A stretch of DNA of 64,000 bases from Candidatus Pacearchaeota archaeon (GTDB lineage Archaea > Nanobdellota > Nanobdellia > Pacearchaeales > JAPDKA01), in assembly GCA_038817835.1 (NCBI GenBank), contig JAWAZI010000003.1:5074-69073 (forward strand), read 5' to 3'. Positions 17,795 through 25,978 of the stretch are shown here, in pieces (within the stretch, counting starts at the first letter, position 1; the number at the start of each line of letters is the position of its first letter). The notes beneath the pieces were generated by a model, which searched no databases, had not been told where the DNA came from, and saw nothing but the letters and a program-made list of their open reading frames with translations. The translations under genes were made by a program, and so were the position numbers.

Positions 17795-17962
17795 ATGAAA
17801 GCAATAAAAAACATAACCAAAATTTTGACAGGAATTACATTGGGATTCCTTTTATTAAGCAATAACCATTTTGTTAATGAAACTAAAAAAATAAAATTAA
17901 GTGAATTAATAAATTATGATAAAAAATTAGAAGATATCGTTGAAAACCATTTTTTTAACTAA
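17795..17962 (+). CDS. Possible 55-aa small membrane or secreted protein
   Basis: Manual translation MKAIKNITKILTGITLGFLLLSNNHFVNETKKIKLSELINYDKKLEDIVENHFFN*; TTTATAAA about 20 nt upstream. Confidence 0.5.
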   Translation: MKAIKNITKILTGITLGFLLLSNNHFVNETKKIKLSELINYDKKLEDIVENHFFN

Positions 17963-18383
17963 GCTTATTAGCAACAATATCAGCAATGAATGCGATAAGC
18001 ATGCTTATACTTAATAAATCAACAACCAAACAATATTTGCATATTGCCTTTATTACAAAAAACTGTAAAAATAAAAGATAAAGAGAAAATATCGATATAA
18101 TAATCAATAATAAAAATATAACTTTATTTTTTAAATTGCTCGGATTTTTTATTTGTGTAGCACTTAATAAGGCTAAAATTAAAAATGCAAATATTCCTAT
18201 AATACTTAAATGAATTCCAGCTATATCAGAAAAAGAACTTACATCAACAATAGCACAACCCCCACTAATAAAGCAAGAATCTTTTGGCTTAATTTTGTTA
18301 ATCTCTATATAGCTAGAAATAAATAAATTTATTATTGAGATAATAAATATATATGTAAGCATGATTTTTTTTCTTTTTTCCAT
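17955..18383 (-). CDS. Vitamin K epoxide reductase (VKOR) family protein
   Basis: Loop cysteines CFISGGC..V..S, TM helices, CKYC active site. Confidence 0.9.
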   Translation of the reverse strand: MEKRKKIMLTYIFIISIINLFISSYIEINKIKPKDSCFISGGCAIVDVSSFSDIAGIHLSIIGIFAFLILALLSATQIKNPSNLKNKVIFLLLIIISIFSLYLLFLQFFVIKAICKYCLVVDLLSISMLIAFIADIVANKLS

Positions 18384-18533
18384 AAAATATTTTTATACTT
18401 TAACTTTTTAAATTTTTTTAAAATTTGAAAATTATGCCACTATGAAGTAATATAAAAATAATTAATAAAAATAATAAGATAAACTATCCAACAATTTACA
18501 AAAGTTTTTTAATTTCTTTTTTTTCTTTAATTT

Positions 18534-20012
18534 ATGGAAAAGCTCGAGCTTATAAATGGTATAGCATTAAAAAGAGGATTTTTTATGCAATCTGCAGAAA
18601 TTTATAAGGGAAAAGCAGAATTTAGTGGGCTTTTTAGTTATGGCCATCTAGGAAAATTAATGAAATTAAAATTTGAGAATCTTTGGAGAAATTTTTTTTT
18701 GAAACTTCATGATAATTTTCATGAAATTGAAGGCAGCTGTATATTACCAAAAAAAGTTTTTGAGGCTTCTGGTCATTTAGAAAATTTTAATGATCCTTTG
18801 GTAGAATGTAAAAATTGTGGTTTTAGGTTCAGGGCAGATCATTTTATAGAAGATGAACTTGGAATTAATGTTACATCTTTATCTCTAGAAGAAATGACAA
18901 GAATAATAAAACAAAATAAATTAAAATGTCCAAAATGTAATAGCCAAAATTTAAGTGATGTTGAATTTTTTAATATGATGTTTCCTTTAAGTTTGGGTGT
19001 GTTAAGTAAAGAAATAAATGCATATTTAACTCCTGAAACTGCTCAACAAGCATATTTAGCTTTTAAGAGACAATTTGAAGCTTTAAGAAGAAAATTACCT
19101 TTAGGATTGGCAGTAATAGGAAAAGTTTTTAGAAATGAAATAAGCCCTAGACAAAGTTTTTTTAGGCTTAGAGAATTTACACAAGCAGAGCTTCAAATTT
19201 TTATTGCTCCTGAGATGCTTGATGAAGATATTTTAGGAATTTGGAATGAAATAAAAGATAAAGATATAATTGTTAAAAGAGTTAATGATAAAGAAGCAAA
19301 AAAATATAAATTAAAAGAATTGGCAAATGATTATAAAAAACTTTATTTGAGTTTTATGTATAAAATTCAAGAATTTTATTTAGATAAATTGAAAATACCT
19401 ATCGAGAAATTTAGATTTAGGGAACTTAGTGAGGAAGAAAGAGCATTTTATAATAAAGCACATTTTGATATAGAATTATTTATAGAAACTTTGAATGGTT
19501 TTAAAGAAGTTGCAGGTCTACATTATAGAAGCGATTATGATTTAAGTAGACATCAAAAATTTAGTAAAGAAAAATTAGAGGTTCTTTGGAATAATAAAAA
19601 AATAATACCACATGTAATTGAACTTAGTTTTGGAGTTGATAGAAATATTTATGCTTTTTTAGATATATTTTTTAAAAAAGAAAAAGAGAGAAATTTATTT
19701 TCTTTTCCTTTAGCAATAGCACCAATTGATATTGCTGTATTTCCTTTAGTTAATAGAGATGGTTTAAATGAAAAAGCAAAAGAAGTTTATAATATGCTAA
19801 AATATTGGTTTAAATGTTATTATGATGAAGCTGATAGCATTGGTAGACGCTATAGAAGACAAGATGAGATAGGAACTCCATTTTGCATAACAATAGATTA
19901 TGAAACTTTAGAGGATAATACTGTCACTATAAGAGATCGTGATAGCATGAAACAAGAAAGAATAAAAATTGAAAATTTAATAAACTTTTTTTGTGAAAAA
20001 TTTTCATTTTGA
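18534..20012 (+). CDS. glyS: Glycine--tRNA ligase (archaeal/eukaryotic type)
   Basis: PETAQ, GKVFRNEISPR, RLREFTQAELQ, IGRRYRRQDEIGTP. Confidence 0.96.
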   Translation: MEKLELINGIALKRGFFMQSAEIYKGKAEFSGLFSYGHLGKLMKLKFENLWRNFFLKLHDNFHEIEGSCILPKKVFEASGHLENFNDPLVECKNCGFRFRADHFIEDELGINVTSLSLEEMTRIIKQNKLKCPKCNSQNLSDVEFFNMMFPLSLGVLSKEINAYLTPETAQQAYLAFKRQFEALRRKLPLGLAVIGKVFRNEISPRQSFFRLREFTQAELQIFIAPEMLDEDILGIWNEIKDKDIIVKRVNDKEAKKYKLKELANDYKKLYLSFMYKIQEFYLDKLKIPIEKFRFRELSEEERAFYNKAHFDIELFIETLNGFKEVAGLHYRSDYDLSRHQKFSKEKLEVLWNNKKIIPHVIELSFGVDRNIYAFLDIFFKKEKERNLFSFPLAIAPIDIAVFPLVNRDGLNEKAKEVYNMLKYWFKCYYDEADSIGRRYRRQDEIGTPFCITIDYETLEDNTVTIRDRDSMKQERIKIENLINFFCEKFSF

Positions 20013-20015
20013 TAC

Positions 20016-20087
20016 GGGCCTGTAGTTCAACGGTAGAACGCTCGCTTGGCTAGCGAGAGGTTCCGGGTTCGAATCCCGGCAGGTCCA
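20016..20087 (+). tRNA. tRNA-Ala(GGC)
   Basis: GGGCCTG/CAGGTCC acceptor with G3:U70, CTCGC-TT GGC TA-GCGAG. Confidence 0.93.
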
Positions 20088-20146
20088 TATTTTTAAGCAA
20101 AAAAAATTTAAAAGCAGAAAATTTTTGATAAAAATTATTATTTTAT

Positions 20147-20482
20147 TCAACTAATATTTTGAATTTGTGAATGTTTAGTTTTAATTTTTGCAAGAATTAC
20201 TAGTATAAGTGTAGCAATTATTGTAACTACTAATGCTGATAAAAATTTAAAAGTTATTTGAGTAGTTTGTGGCAAATTTTTTAATATATTATTTATTAAT
20301 TCTGATATTGGTTCTCTCCAAAATAATGCAACTAAAAAACCAAAAGCAGAAGTTACAGCAATTATAATTTGATTTTCAAATTCTTCTCTAAATTCATGTG
20401 CAGAATGTAATGTTTTTTTAAAAATATTTTTTAATGCTTTTTCAATTTGTTTTTCAATTTCTTTATTATTTTTTTTGATCAT
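20147..20482 (-). CDS. Small membrane protein, DUF5654-like
   Basis: TSAFGFLVALFW motif and two TM helices. Confidence 0.7.
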   Translation of the reverse strand: MIKKNNKEIEKQIEKALKNIFKKTLHSAHEFREEFENQIIIAVTSAFGFLVALFWREPISELINNILKNLPQTTQITFKFLSALVVTIIATLILVILAKIKTKHSQIQNIS

Positions 20483-20561
20483 ATTTTTTTATTTTAGATT
20501 TATTTAAAAATTTTTTTGTAGAAAATAATATTTTTAAATATTATAAAAATTAAAATAATTA

Positions 20562-21050
20562 ATGATACAAAGAACACTTGTTTTATTGAAGCCAGATGCT
20601 ATAAGAAGAGGATTAGTCGGAAAAATAATACAACGCTTTGAAGATGCAGGTTTAAAAATAGTAGCTATGAAAATGCAATGGATAGATAAAGAACATGCAG
20701 ATAAACATTATGAAGATTTGGGAAAAAGGAAAGGAGAAAAAATAAAACAAAGAATGATAGACTTTTTAACTTCTGGCCCTGTAATTGCCATGGTTTTGGA
20801 AGGAATTGAGGCTGTTGAAGTAGTAAGAAAAATAGTAGGCGGTACTGAACCGAAAACAGCATTACCAGGAACTATAAGGGGAGATTTTGCACATTTAAGT
20901 ATAGAATATGCCAATAAAAAAGGAAAAGCTGTTCCAAATTTAATTCATGCTTCAGATAGTTTAGAGAATGCAGAGAAAGAAATAAAATTATGGTTTAATA
21001 GGAAAGAGATTCATAGCTATAAAACAGTTTATGAAGAATTCGTTTTTTAA
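20562..21050 (+). CDS. ndk: Nucleoside diphosphate kinase
   Basis: RTLVLLKPDA, PGTIRGDF, NLIHASDS. Confidence 0.97.
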   Translation: MIQRTLVLLKPDAIRRGLVGKIIQRFEDAGLKIVAMKMQWIDKEHADKHYEDLGKRKGEKIKQRMIDFLTSGPVIAMVLEGIEAVEVVRKIVGGTEPKTALPGTIRGDFAHLSIEYANKKGKAVPNLIHASDSLENAEKEIKLWFNRKEIHSYKTVYEEFVF

Positions 21051-21347
21051 TTAATCAATAGAAAAATATTTTTTATTCTTTCCTTCAATTTTCCAAAATT
21101 CAAGACGTGCTCCTGCATCGAGCCAGGCATGAGCATAATAAATTGCTGCAATAGCTCTTATGTAATCTTTATTTTTTAAAAAATATAAAGAATCATCTAA
21201 ATAAGTTTGAGCCATTTCTAGAAATTCTTTAGCTTTATTAATTTTTATTTTATTTTTTGTTAAATTTTTCTTTGCTATTTCTAATGCTTTATTACTAAAA
21301 TTGTATTCTTTCTTTATATAAGAAATTAAATTTTTAATTTTAATCAT
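21051..21347 (-). CDS. DUF357 family protein
   Basis: MAQTYLDDSLYF...YAHAWLDAGARL. Confidence 0.85.
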   Translation of the reverse strand: MIKIKNLISYIKKEYNFSNKALEIAKKNLTKNKIKINKAKEFLEMAQTYLDDSLYFLKNKDYIRAIAAIYYAHAWLDAGARLEFWKIEGKNKKYFSID

Positions 21348-21402
21348 TAAACATTAATCTTTTGAATTTAAAAATTTTAATATAAATAATATTAATTTAA
21401 TA

Positions 21403-21885
21403 ATGGAAAAGATAGCAGTAGCTATATTATTAAGTTTATTACCAATAAGCGAGTTAAGAGGTGGTTTAATTTATGCAATTGTAAATGGCATTAATCCAAT
21501 TTTTGCTTTTTTTATTTGTGTTATAGCTAATATGCTAGTGGCTCCAGCTTTATTTTTATTTTTATCAACTTTACATAATTTTCTTTATAAAATAAAAATT
21601 TATAGAAAATTTTTTGATGCATATATAAAAACACTAAACAAAAAAGTTGAAATTTATGAAAGAAAACATAGGTTGTTAGGTTATTTTGCGTTAACTTTAT
21701 TTACAGCAATACCTTTACCATTTACTGGAGCATGGACGAGTAGCTTTATAGCATGGATTTTAGGATTAAATAAAAAGAAAAGTATTATTGCTATAAATTT
21801 AGGAGTTATAATTGCTGGTATTATTGTTTTACTTTTTATTTTAGGTATTTTTAATTTCTTAAATTTTTTAATTAAAGCTAAATAA
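21403..21885 (+). CDS. Small multi-drug export family (COG2426) membrane protein
   Basis: LPISELRGG and FTAIPLPFTGAWT motifs. Confidence 0.88.
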   Translation: MEKIAVAILLSLLPISELRGGLIYAIVNGINPIFAFFICVIANMLVAPALFLFLSTLHNFLYKIKIYRKFFDAYIKTLNKKVEIYERKHRLLGYFALTLFTAIPLPFTGAWTSSFIAWILGLNKKKSIIAINLGVIIAGIIVLLFILGIFNFLNFLIKAK

Positions 21886-21935
21886 AAAATCCTTATTAAT
21901 AAAAAATTTTTAAAATATTTTTATTGTAAAATTTT

Positions 21936-22502
21936 ATGAAAAAGAAAGATCCTGTTGCCGTATCTGATCCAAAACCAGTTAAAAAAGGATCAAAAACTTA
22001 TGAAAACTTATTGAAAGCTTTTGCTGGGGAGTCAATGGCAAGAAACAAATATACTTATTTTGCCAAAATTGCTAGAGAACAAGGATTACATCATATTGCT
22101 GCAATTTTTGAAGAAACTGCAAATCACGAAGCAGAGCATGCAAAAATGATTTGGAAACTTTTAGGAGAATGGTCTGATACAAAAGAAAATCTAAAAAAAG
22201 CAATAGAAGGAGAGAATTACGAGCATACTAAGATGTATCCTGAATTTAAGAAAGTAGCAGAAGAAGAAGGATTTAAAGATGCAGCAAAATTTTTTACTGA
22301 AGTTGCTGAGGTTGAGGAACAGCATGAGAAAAGATTTGAAAAATTATTGGAAGAATTAGAAAAGAATTTTTTTAAAAGAGATGTTGAAGTTATGTGGGTT
22401 TGTAGAAATTGTGGTTATGTACATATTGGCAAAGAAGCTCCAAAAGAGTGCCCTAATTGCAGACATCCACAAAGTTATTTTGAGGTTAGATGTGAATACT
22501 AA
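21936..22502 (+). CDS. rbr: Rubrerythrin
   Basis: [16 protein letters not shown], two ExxH motifs, C-terminal CRNCG...CPNC rubredoxin domain. Confidence 0.95.
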   Translation: MKKKDPVAVSDPKPVKKGSKTYENLLKAFAGESMARNKYTYFAKIAREQGLHHIAAIFEETANHEAEHAKMIWKLLGEWSDTKENLKKAIEGENYEHTKMYPEFKKVAEEEGFKDAAKFFTEVAEVEEQHEKRFEKLLEELEKNFFKRDVEVMWVCRNCGYVHIGKEAPKECPNCRHPQSYFEVRCEY

Positions 22503-22503
22503 A

Positions 22504-22884
22504 ATGACTCAAAAAAAACAAATTTACAAATGTAATATTTGTGGGAATATTGTTGAAGTTTTACATGAAGGAGTAGGAAAGTTAGTTTGTTGTGGACAAC
22601 CTATGGAATTAATCGTTGAAAAAACAGACGAGATAGGGAAAGAGAAACACCTTCCTTTAATTGAAAAGACAGAAAAAGGAGTAAAGGTGAAAGTTGGTTC
22701 TGTTGCCCATCCGATGGAAGAAAATCATTATATAGAGTGGATTGAAGTAGTAATTGATGGAAAAAGTTACCGTCAGTTTTTGAAACCAGGTCAAAAGCCA
22801 GAAGCAGAATTTTGTGTAGAAGGAAAGGTGGAATATGTTGGAGAATATTGTAACCTTCACGGTCTTTGGAAAGTAGCTAAATAA
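22504..22884 (+). CDS. dfx: Desulfoferrodoxin (2Fe superoxide reductase); real start is ATG at 22504
   Basis: [12 protein letters not shown]...[31 protein letters not shown]. Confidence 0.95.
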   Translation: MTQKKQIYKCNICGNIVEVLHEGVGKLVCCGQPMELIVEKTDEIGKEKHLPLIEKTEKGVKVKVGSVAHPMEENHYIEWIEVVIDGKSYRQFLKPGQKPEAEFCVEGKVEYVGEYCNLHGLWKVAK

Positions 22885-22968
22885 AAAATTATTAAGAAAT
22901 TGAAAAAGATATTAATTTAAAAACTTATTGAAAATATTTACTATTACGAATAAATGTAAATACTAGGA

Positions 22969-23613
22969 ATGCAAGAAGAAATATCAAAAAAAAGAAAACT
23001 TGCAATTTTTCAATTAAGAAAAATAGAAAATATTCTCAAGAGAGAAGGAAAAGATAATATTAAACTTGCTGCAGAATGGAAAAAACCATGGCAAGTACTT
23101 ATTGCAACTATTTTATCTGCTCAGAGTAGAGATGAAAAAACTATAGAAATTGCTAAAAAACTTTTTTCTAGATATAAATCATTAAGAGCTTTAGCAAATG
23201 CTAAAATAAAAGATGTAGAGAAAATAATAAGAGAAATTAATTTTTATAAAACAAAAACTAGAAATATTGTTAAAACTGCTAGAATAATTGTTAAAAAATA
23301 TAGAGGAAAAATTCCATCAGAAAGAGAAAAACTTATGGAATTGCCAGGAGTTGGAAGAAAAGTTGCAAATGTTTATCTTGTTCAAGTACATAAAGCTAAT
23401 GCTATAGGTGTTGATACCCATGTTGCTTTTTTGTCTAGAGTTTTAGGATGGACAAAAAATAAGAGGCCAGAAAAAATAGAGAAAGATTTAGAAGCTTTAT
23501 TCCCGAAAAAATATTGGAATTCTATTAATTATATTCTTGTTAGATTCGGTAGAACTTATAAAACTAGAAAAATGCAAATAGAAAAATTAAAAAATGAAGG
23601 AATAATAAATTAA
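22969..23613 (+). CDS. nth: Endonuclease III-like HhH-GPD glycosylase lacking the Fe-S cluster motif
   Basis: LIATILSAQ, LPGVGRKVAN (catalytic K), VDTH (catalytic D); no cysteines. Confidence 0.88.
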   Translation: MQEEISKKRKLAIFQLRKIENILKREGKDNIKLAAEWKKPWQVLIATILSAQSRDEKTIEIAKKLFSRYKSLRALANAKIKDVEKIIREINFYKTKTRNIVKTARIIVKKYRGKIPSEREKLMELPGVGRKVANVYLVQVHKANAIGVDTHVAFLSRVLGWTKNKRPEKIEKDLEALFPKKYWNSINYILVRFGRTYKTRKMQIEKLKNEGIIN

Positions 23614-23614
23614 A

Positions 23615-24031
23615 ATGGAATGCATATTTTGTAAAATTATTAATAAACAAATTCCTTCAGATATAATTTATGAGGATAAAGATGTTATATGTTTTCTTGA
23701 TATAAATCCAATTGCAAGAGGTCATGCTTTATTATTACCAAAAAAACATTTTAATCATTTGCTAGAAGTTGATAAAAAAACTTTAGGAATTCTTCTAAAA
23801 AAAATTAAATTTGTTGCAGAAAATTTAATAAAAGCAACAGAAAGTGAAGGTTTTAATTTATTATTAAATAATAGAAAAGCTGCAGGACAAGTTATAGATC
23901 ATATACATTTTCATATTATTCCAAGGAAAGAAAATGATGGAGTAAAGCTAGACTGGAGTAGTAAATATATTTATAAAGATAATGAAAAAAAACAAATAAT
24001 TAAAAAATTTAAAGAATTAATAAAAATTTAG
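23615..24031 (+). CDS. HIT family hydrolase
   Basis: CIFCKI start, AGQVIDHIHFHIIPR. Confidence 0.95.
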   Translation: MECIFCKIINKQIPSDIIYEDKDVICFLDINPIARGHALLLPKKHFNHLLEVDKKTLGILLKKIKFVAENLIKATESEGFNLLLNNRKAAGQVIDHIHFHIIPRKENDGVKLDWSSKYIYKDNEKKQIIKKFKELIKI

Positions 24032-24651
24032 GATTTTTTAAAATATAAAGCAATTATAGTCAAAATTATTGCTATTAAAAAGCATGGAAAAATAAAAAAT
24101 AATTTATAAGAAAATAATGTTTTTATTATTGGAGTTATATTATTCCTATTTGGGATAAAGATAAATAATAATAAACCAATAAGGCTCAATAAATTTATAA
24201 TGATTAAAATATTAGCAACTTTTTTATTAATTTTTTTGAAAATTATATAAATATTTGTTAATAGACAAGGAATTCCAAATAAAATCCATGCTAATGTTAT
24301 AAAATTTTTATATTTTATTATTAAAATAATGAGATAATATAAAATAAAAATTAAAGAAAAAAAATTTATTATACTAAAAAAATTAATCCTTTTTCTTTCA
24401 TATTTTTCTTTTTTTTCTTTTTCAGTCAATTTTTTTTCAATTATTTCTTTTTTTTCTCTTTTATATTTTGGAACTTCTATTTCTTTAATTTTAATTTCTT
24501 TATAGCTAGTTTGTTTTAAAATTTCATTAGCAATCTCAAAAACTTTTTCTTTATCATAACCAGCATTAATTAAACTTATAACAGCTTGTTCAATACTCTC
24601 TCCCCTTTCAATAGCATGCAGTATTGCTAACTTTATTTGTTCTTTTTCCAT
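24028..24651 (-). CDS. Hypothetical membrane protein
   Basis: N-terminal AIERGESIEQAVISLINAGY helical domain, charged linker, four TM helices. Confidence 0.7.
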   Translation of the reverse strand: MEKEQIKLAILHAIERGESIEQAVISLINAGYDKEKVFEIANEILKQTSYKEIKIKEIEVPKYKREKKEIIEKKLTEKEKKEKYERKRINFFSIINFFSLIFILYYLIILIIKYKNFITLAWILFGIPCLLTNIYIIFKKINKKVANILIIINLLSLIGLLLFIFIPNRNNITPIIKTLFSYKLFFIFPCFLIAIILTIIALYFKKS

Positions 24652-24740
24652 TAATTTTTTAATTTTTTCTTTATATTTAATTTTTTTCTTAATAGTTAAG
24701 TAATTTTTGCCAGTTTTTTAATTAAAATTTTATTCTATTT

Positions 24741-25877
24741 TTATACTAAGCCAAGTACAACTATAATGCCAAGTATTAGCATTATTATTCCAGTAATTAA
24801 ATGTAAAAGTCTTATGTTTCGTTCTTTCCATTCACTAATGCTTTCAATGCTTGCAAAGCCGAAATACATGAGCATAGTTATAATTAATAAAGGTAAAACA
24901 AAGAAAATATTATAAAGGAGCAAAATTGGAATTGCTGTGAGCATAGTTGTTTTTTCTGCAAGTAAGCCAAGAATAAATATATATGGCCCACCTGTGCAAG
25001 GCAACTCAAAAAAGCAAACAATAAAGCCCATAACAAATGCTCCTAGCGGTGAAGTTACTGCATTTAACATTGCTTTTAACTTTGGCCTCCAACGTCTTGG
25101 TATTTCCATTACAAAACCGCCTCCACCATACCAAAAATAATCTTTGATATTTGCAAGGCCTATAATAATTGCAAGAAAGCCAATAATTTTATAAAACCAA
25201 TAAGATAATCCTGAAAACTTTAAAGCAGAGAACAGACCTAAACCAAAAAGAAAATAAACTATATAAATTGAAACAGTGAATGCAAGTCCTGCCTTTAAAG
25301 CTTTTCTCTTATCTCCTGAAGCTAGTAATGCAGCTAAAAGTATTAACAATACAGCAATTGCACAAGGATTGATTGAATCAGCAAGAGCTGCACCAATCAC
25401 TGTAACAATAGAAAGAACTCCTAGTTTTTCTGAAGGAGAAGCTATATCCTCTAAACCACTTGTTGCTTGTATTTTTTCTAGGCTTGGGCATTCTGCTTGA
25501 GCATTAGCTATAATTGCTGCTTCTAAATTTTCTAAAATTGGTTTATCGCCGATAAAATAGCTGTTTGCAATAAAAACTGCAGGAACGCCTCGAGCATTAT
25601 TAGAAACATTAAAAGCATCAAAATAAGCATTAAGCAATAATAGATTTGATCTATTATTATAAATTTCAAATTTATGGACAGATAAATTATATTTTTCTTT
25701 TAAATTTTCAATAAATGGTTCAACTCTTGCACAATGGGGACATCCTTCTCCATAAAAGAAATATATGCATGTAGCATTGGCATTGGCTTGCCCATATGCT
25801 AGCTGAACTAAAAAAACAGAAAGCAATAAAGCAAGAAAGCCAAAAGCCAAAGATAATTTTAAAGCAAATTTTTTCAT
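24741..25877 (-). CDS. Thioredoxin/glutaredoxin-like domain fused to CcdA/DsbD-like membrane domain
   Basis: Signal peptide, FYGEGCPHC, ADSINPCA and FELPCTGGPY membrane cysteines. Confidence 0.88.
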   Translation of the reverse strand: MKKFALKLSLAFGFLALLLSVFLVQLAYGQANANATCIYFFYGEGCPHCARVEPFIENLKEKYNLSVHKFEIYNNRSNLLLLNAYFDAFNVSNNARGVPAVFIANSYFIGDKPILENLEAAIIANAQAECPSLEKIQATSGLEDIASPSEKLGVLSIVTVIGAALADSINPCAIAVLLILLAALLASGDKRKALKAGLAFTVSIYIVYFLFGLGLFSALKFSGLSYWFYKIIGFLAIIIGLANIKDYFWYGGGGFVMEIPRRWRPKLKAMLNAVTSPLGAFVMGFIVCFFELPCTGGPYIFILGLLAEKTTMLTAIPILLLYNIFFVLPLLIITMLMYFGFASIESISEWKERNIRLLHLITGIIMLILGIIVVLGLV

Positions 25878-25978
25878 TTTATTTTTTATTTCAGTTTAAG
25901 ATTTTAAAATTTTAAAATTTTTTGTTATTTTAATTTTTTGTTAAAAAAACTTTTAAATTTCTTTCCTTTATTTTTTTC

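Noticed and set aside
22381..22503. N-terminal extension of the desulfoferrodoxin ORF suggesting a frameshift fusion with rubrerythrin
   Set aside because: Rubrerythrin ends normally and a proper ATG follows at 22504; the extension is just an open alternative frame.
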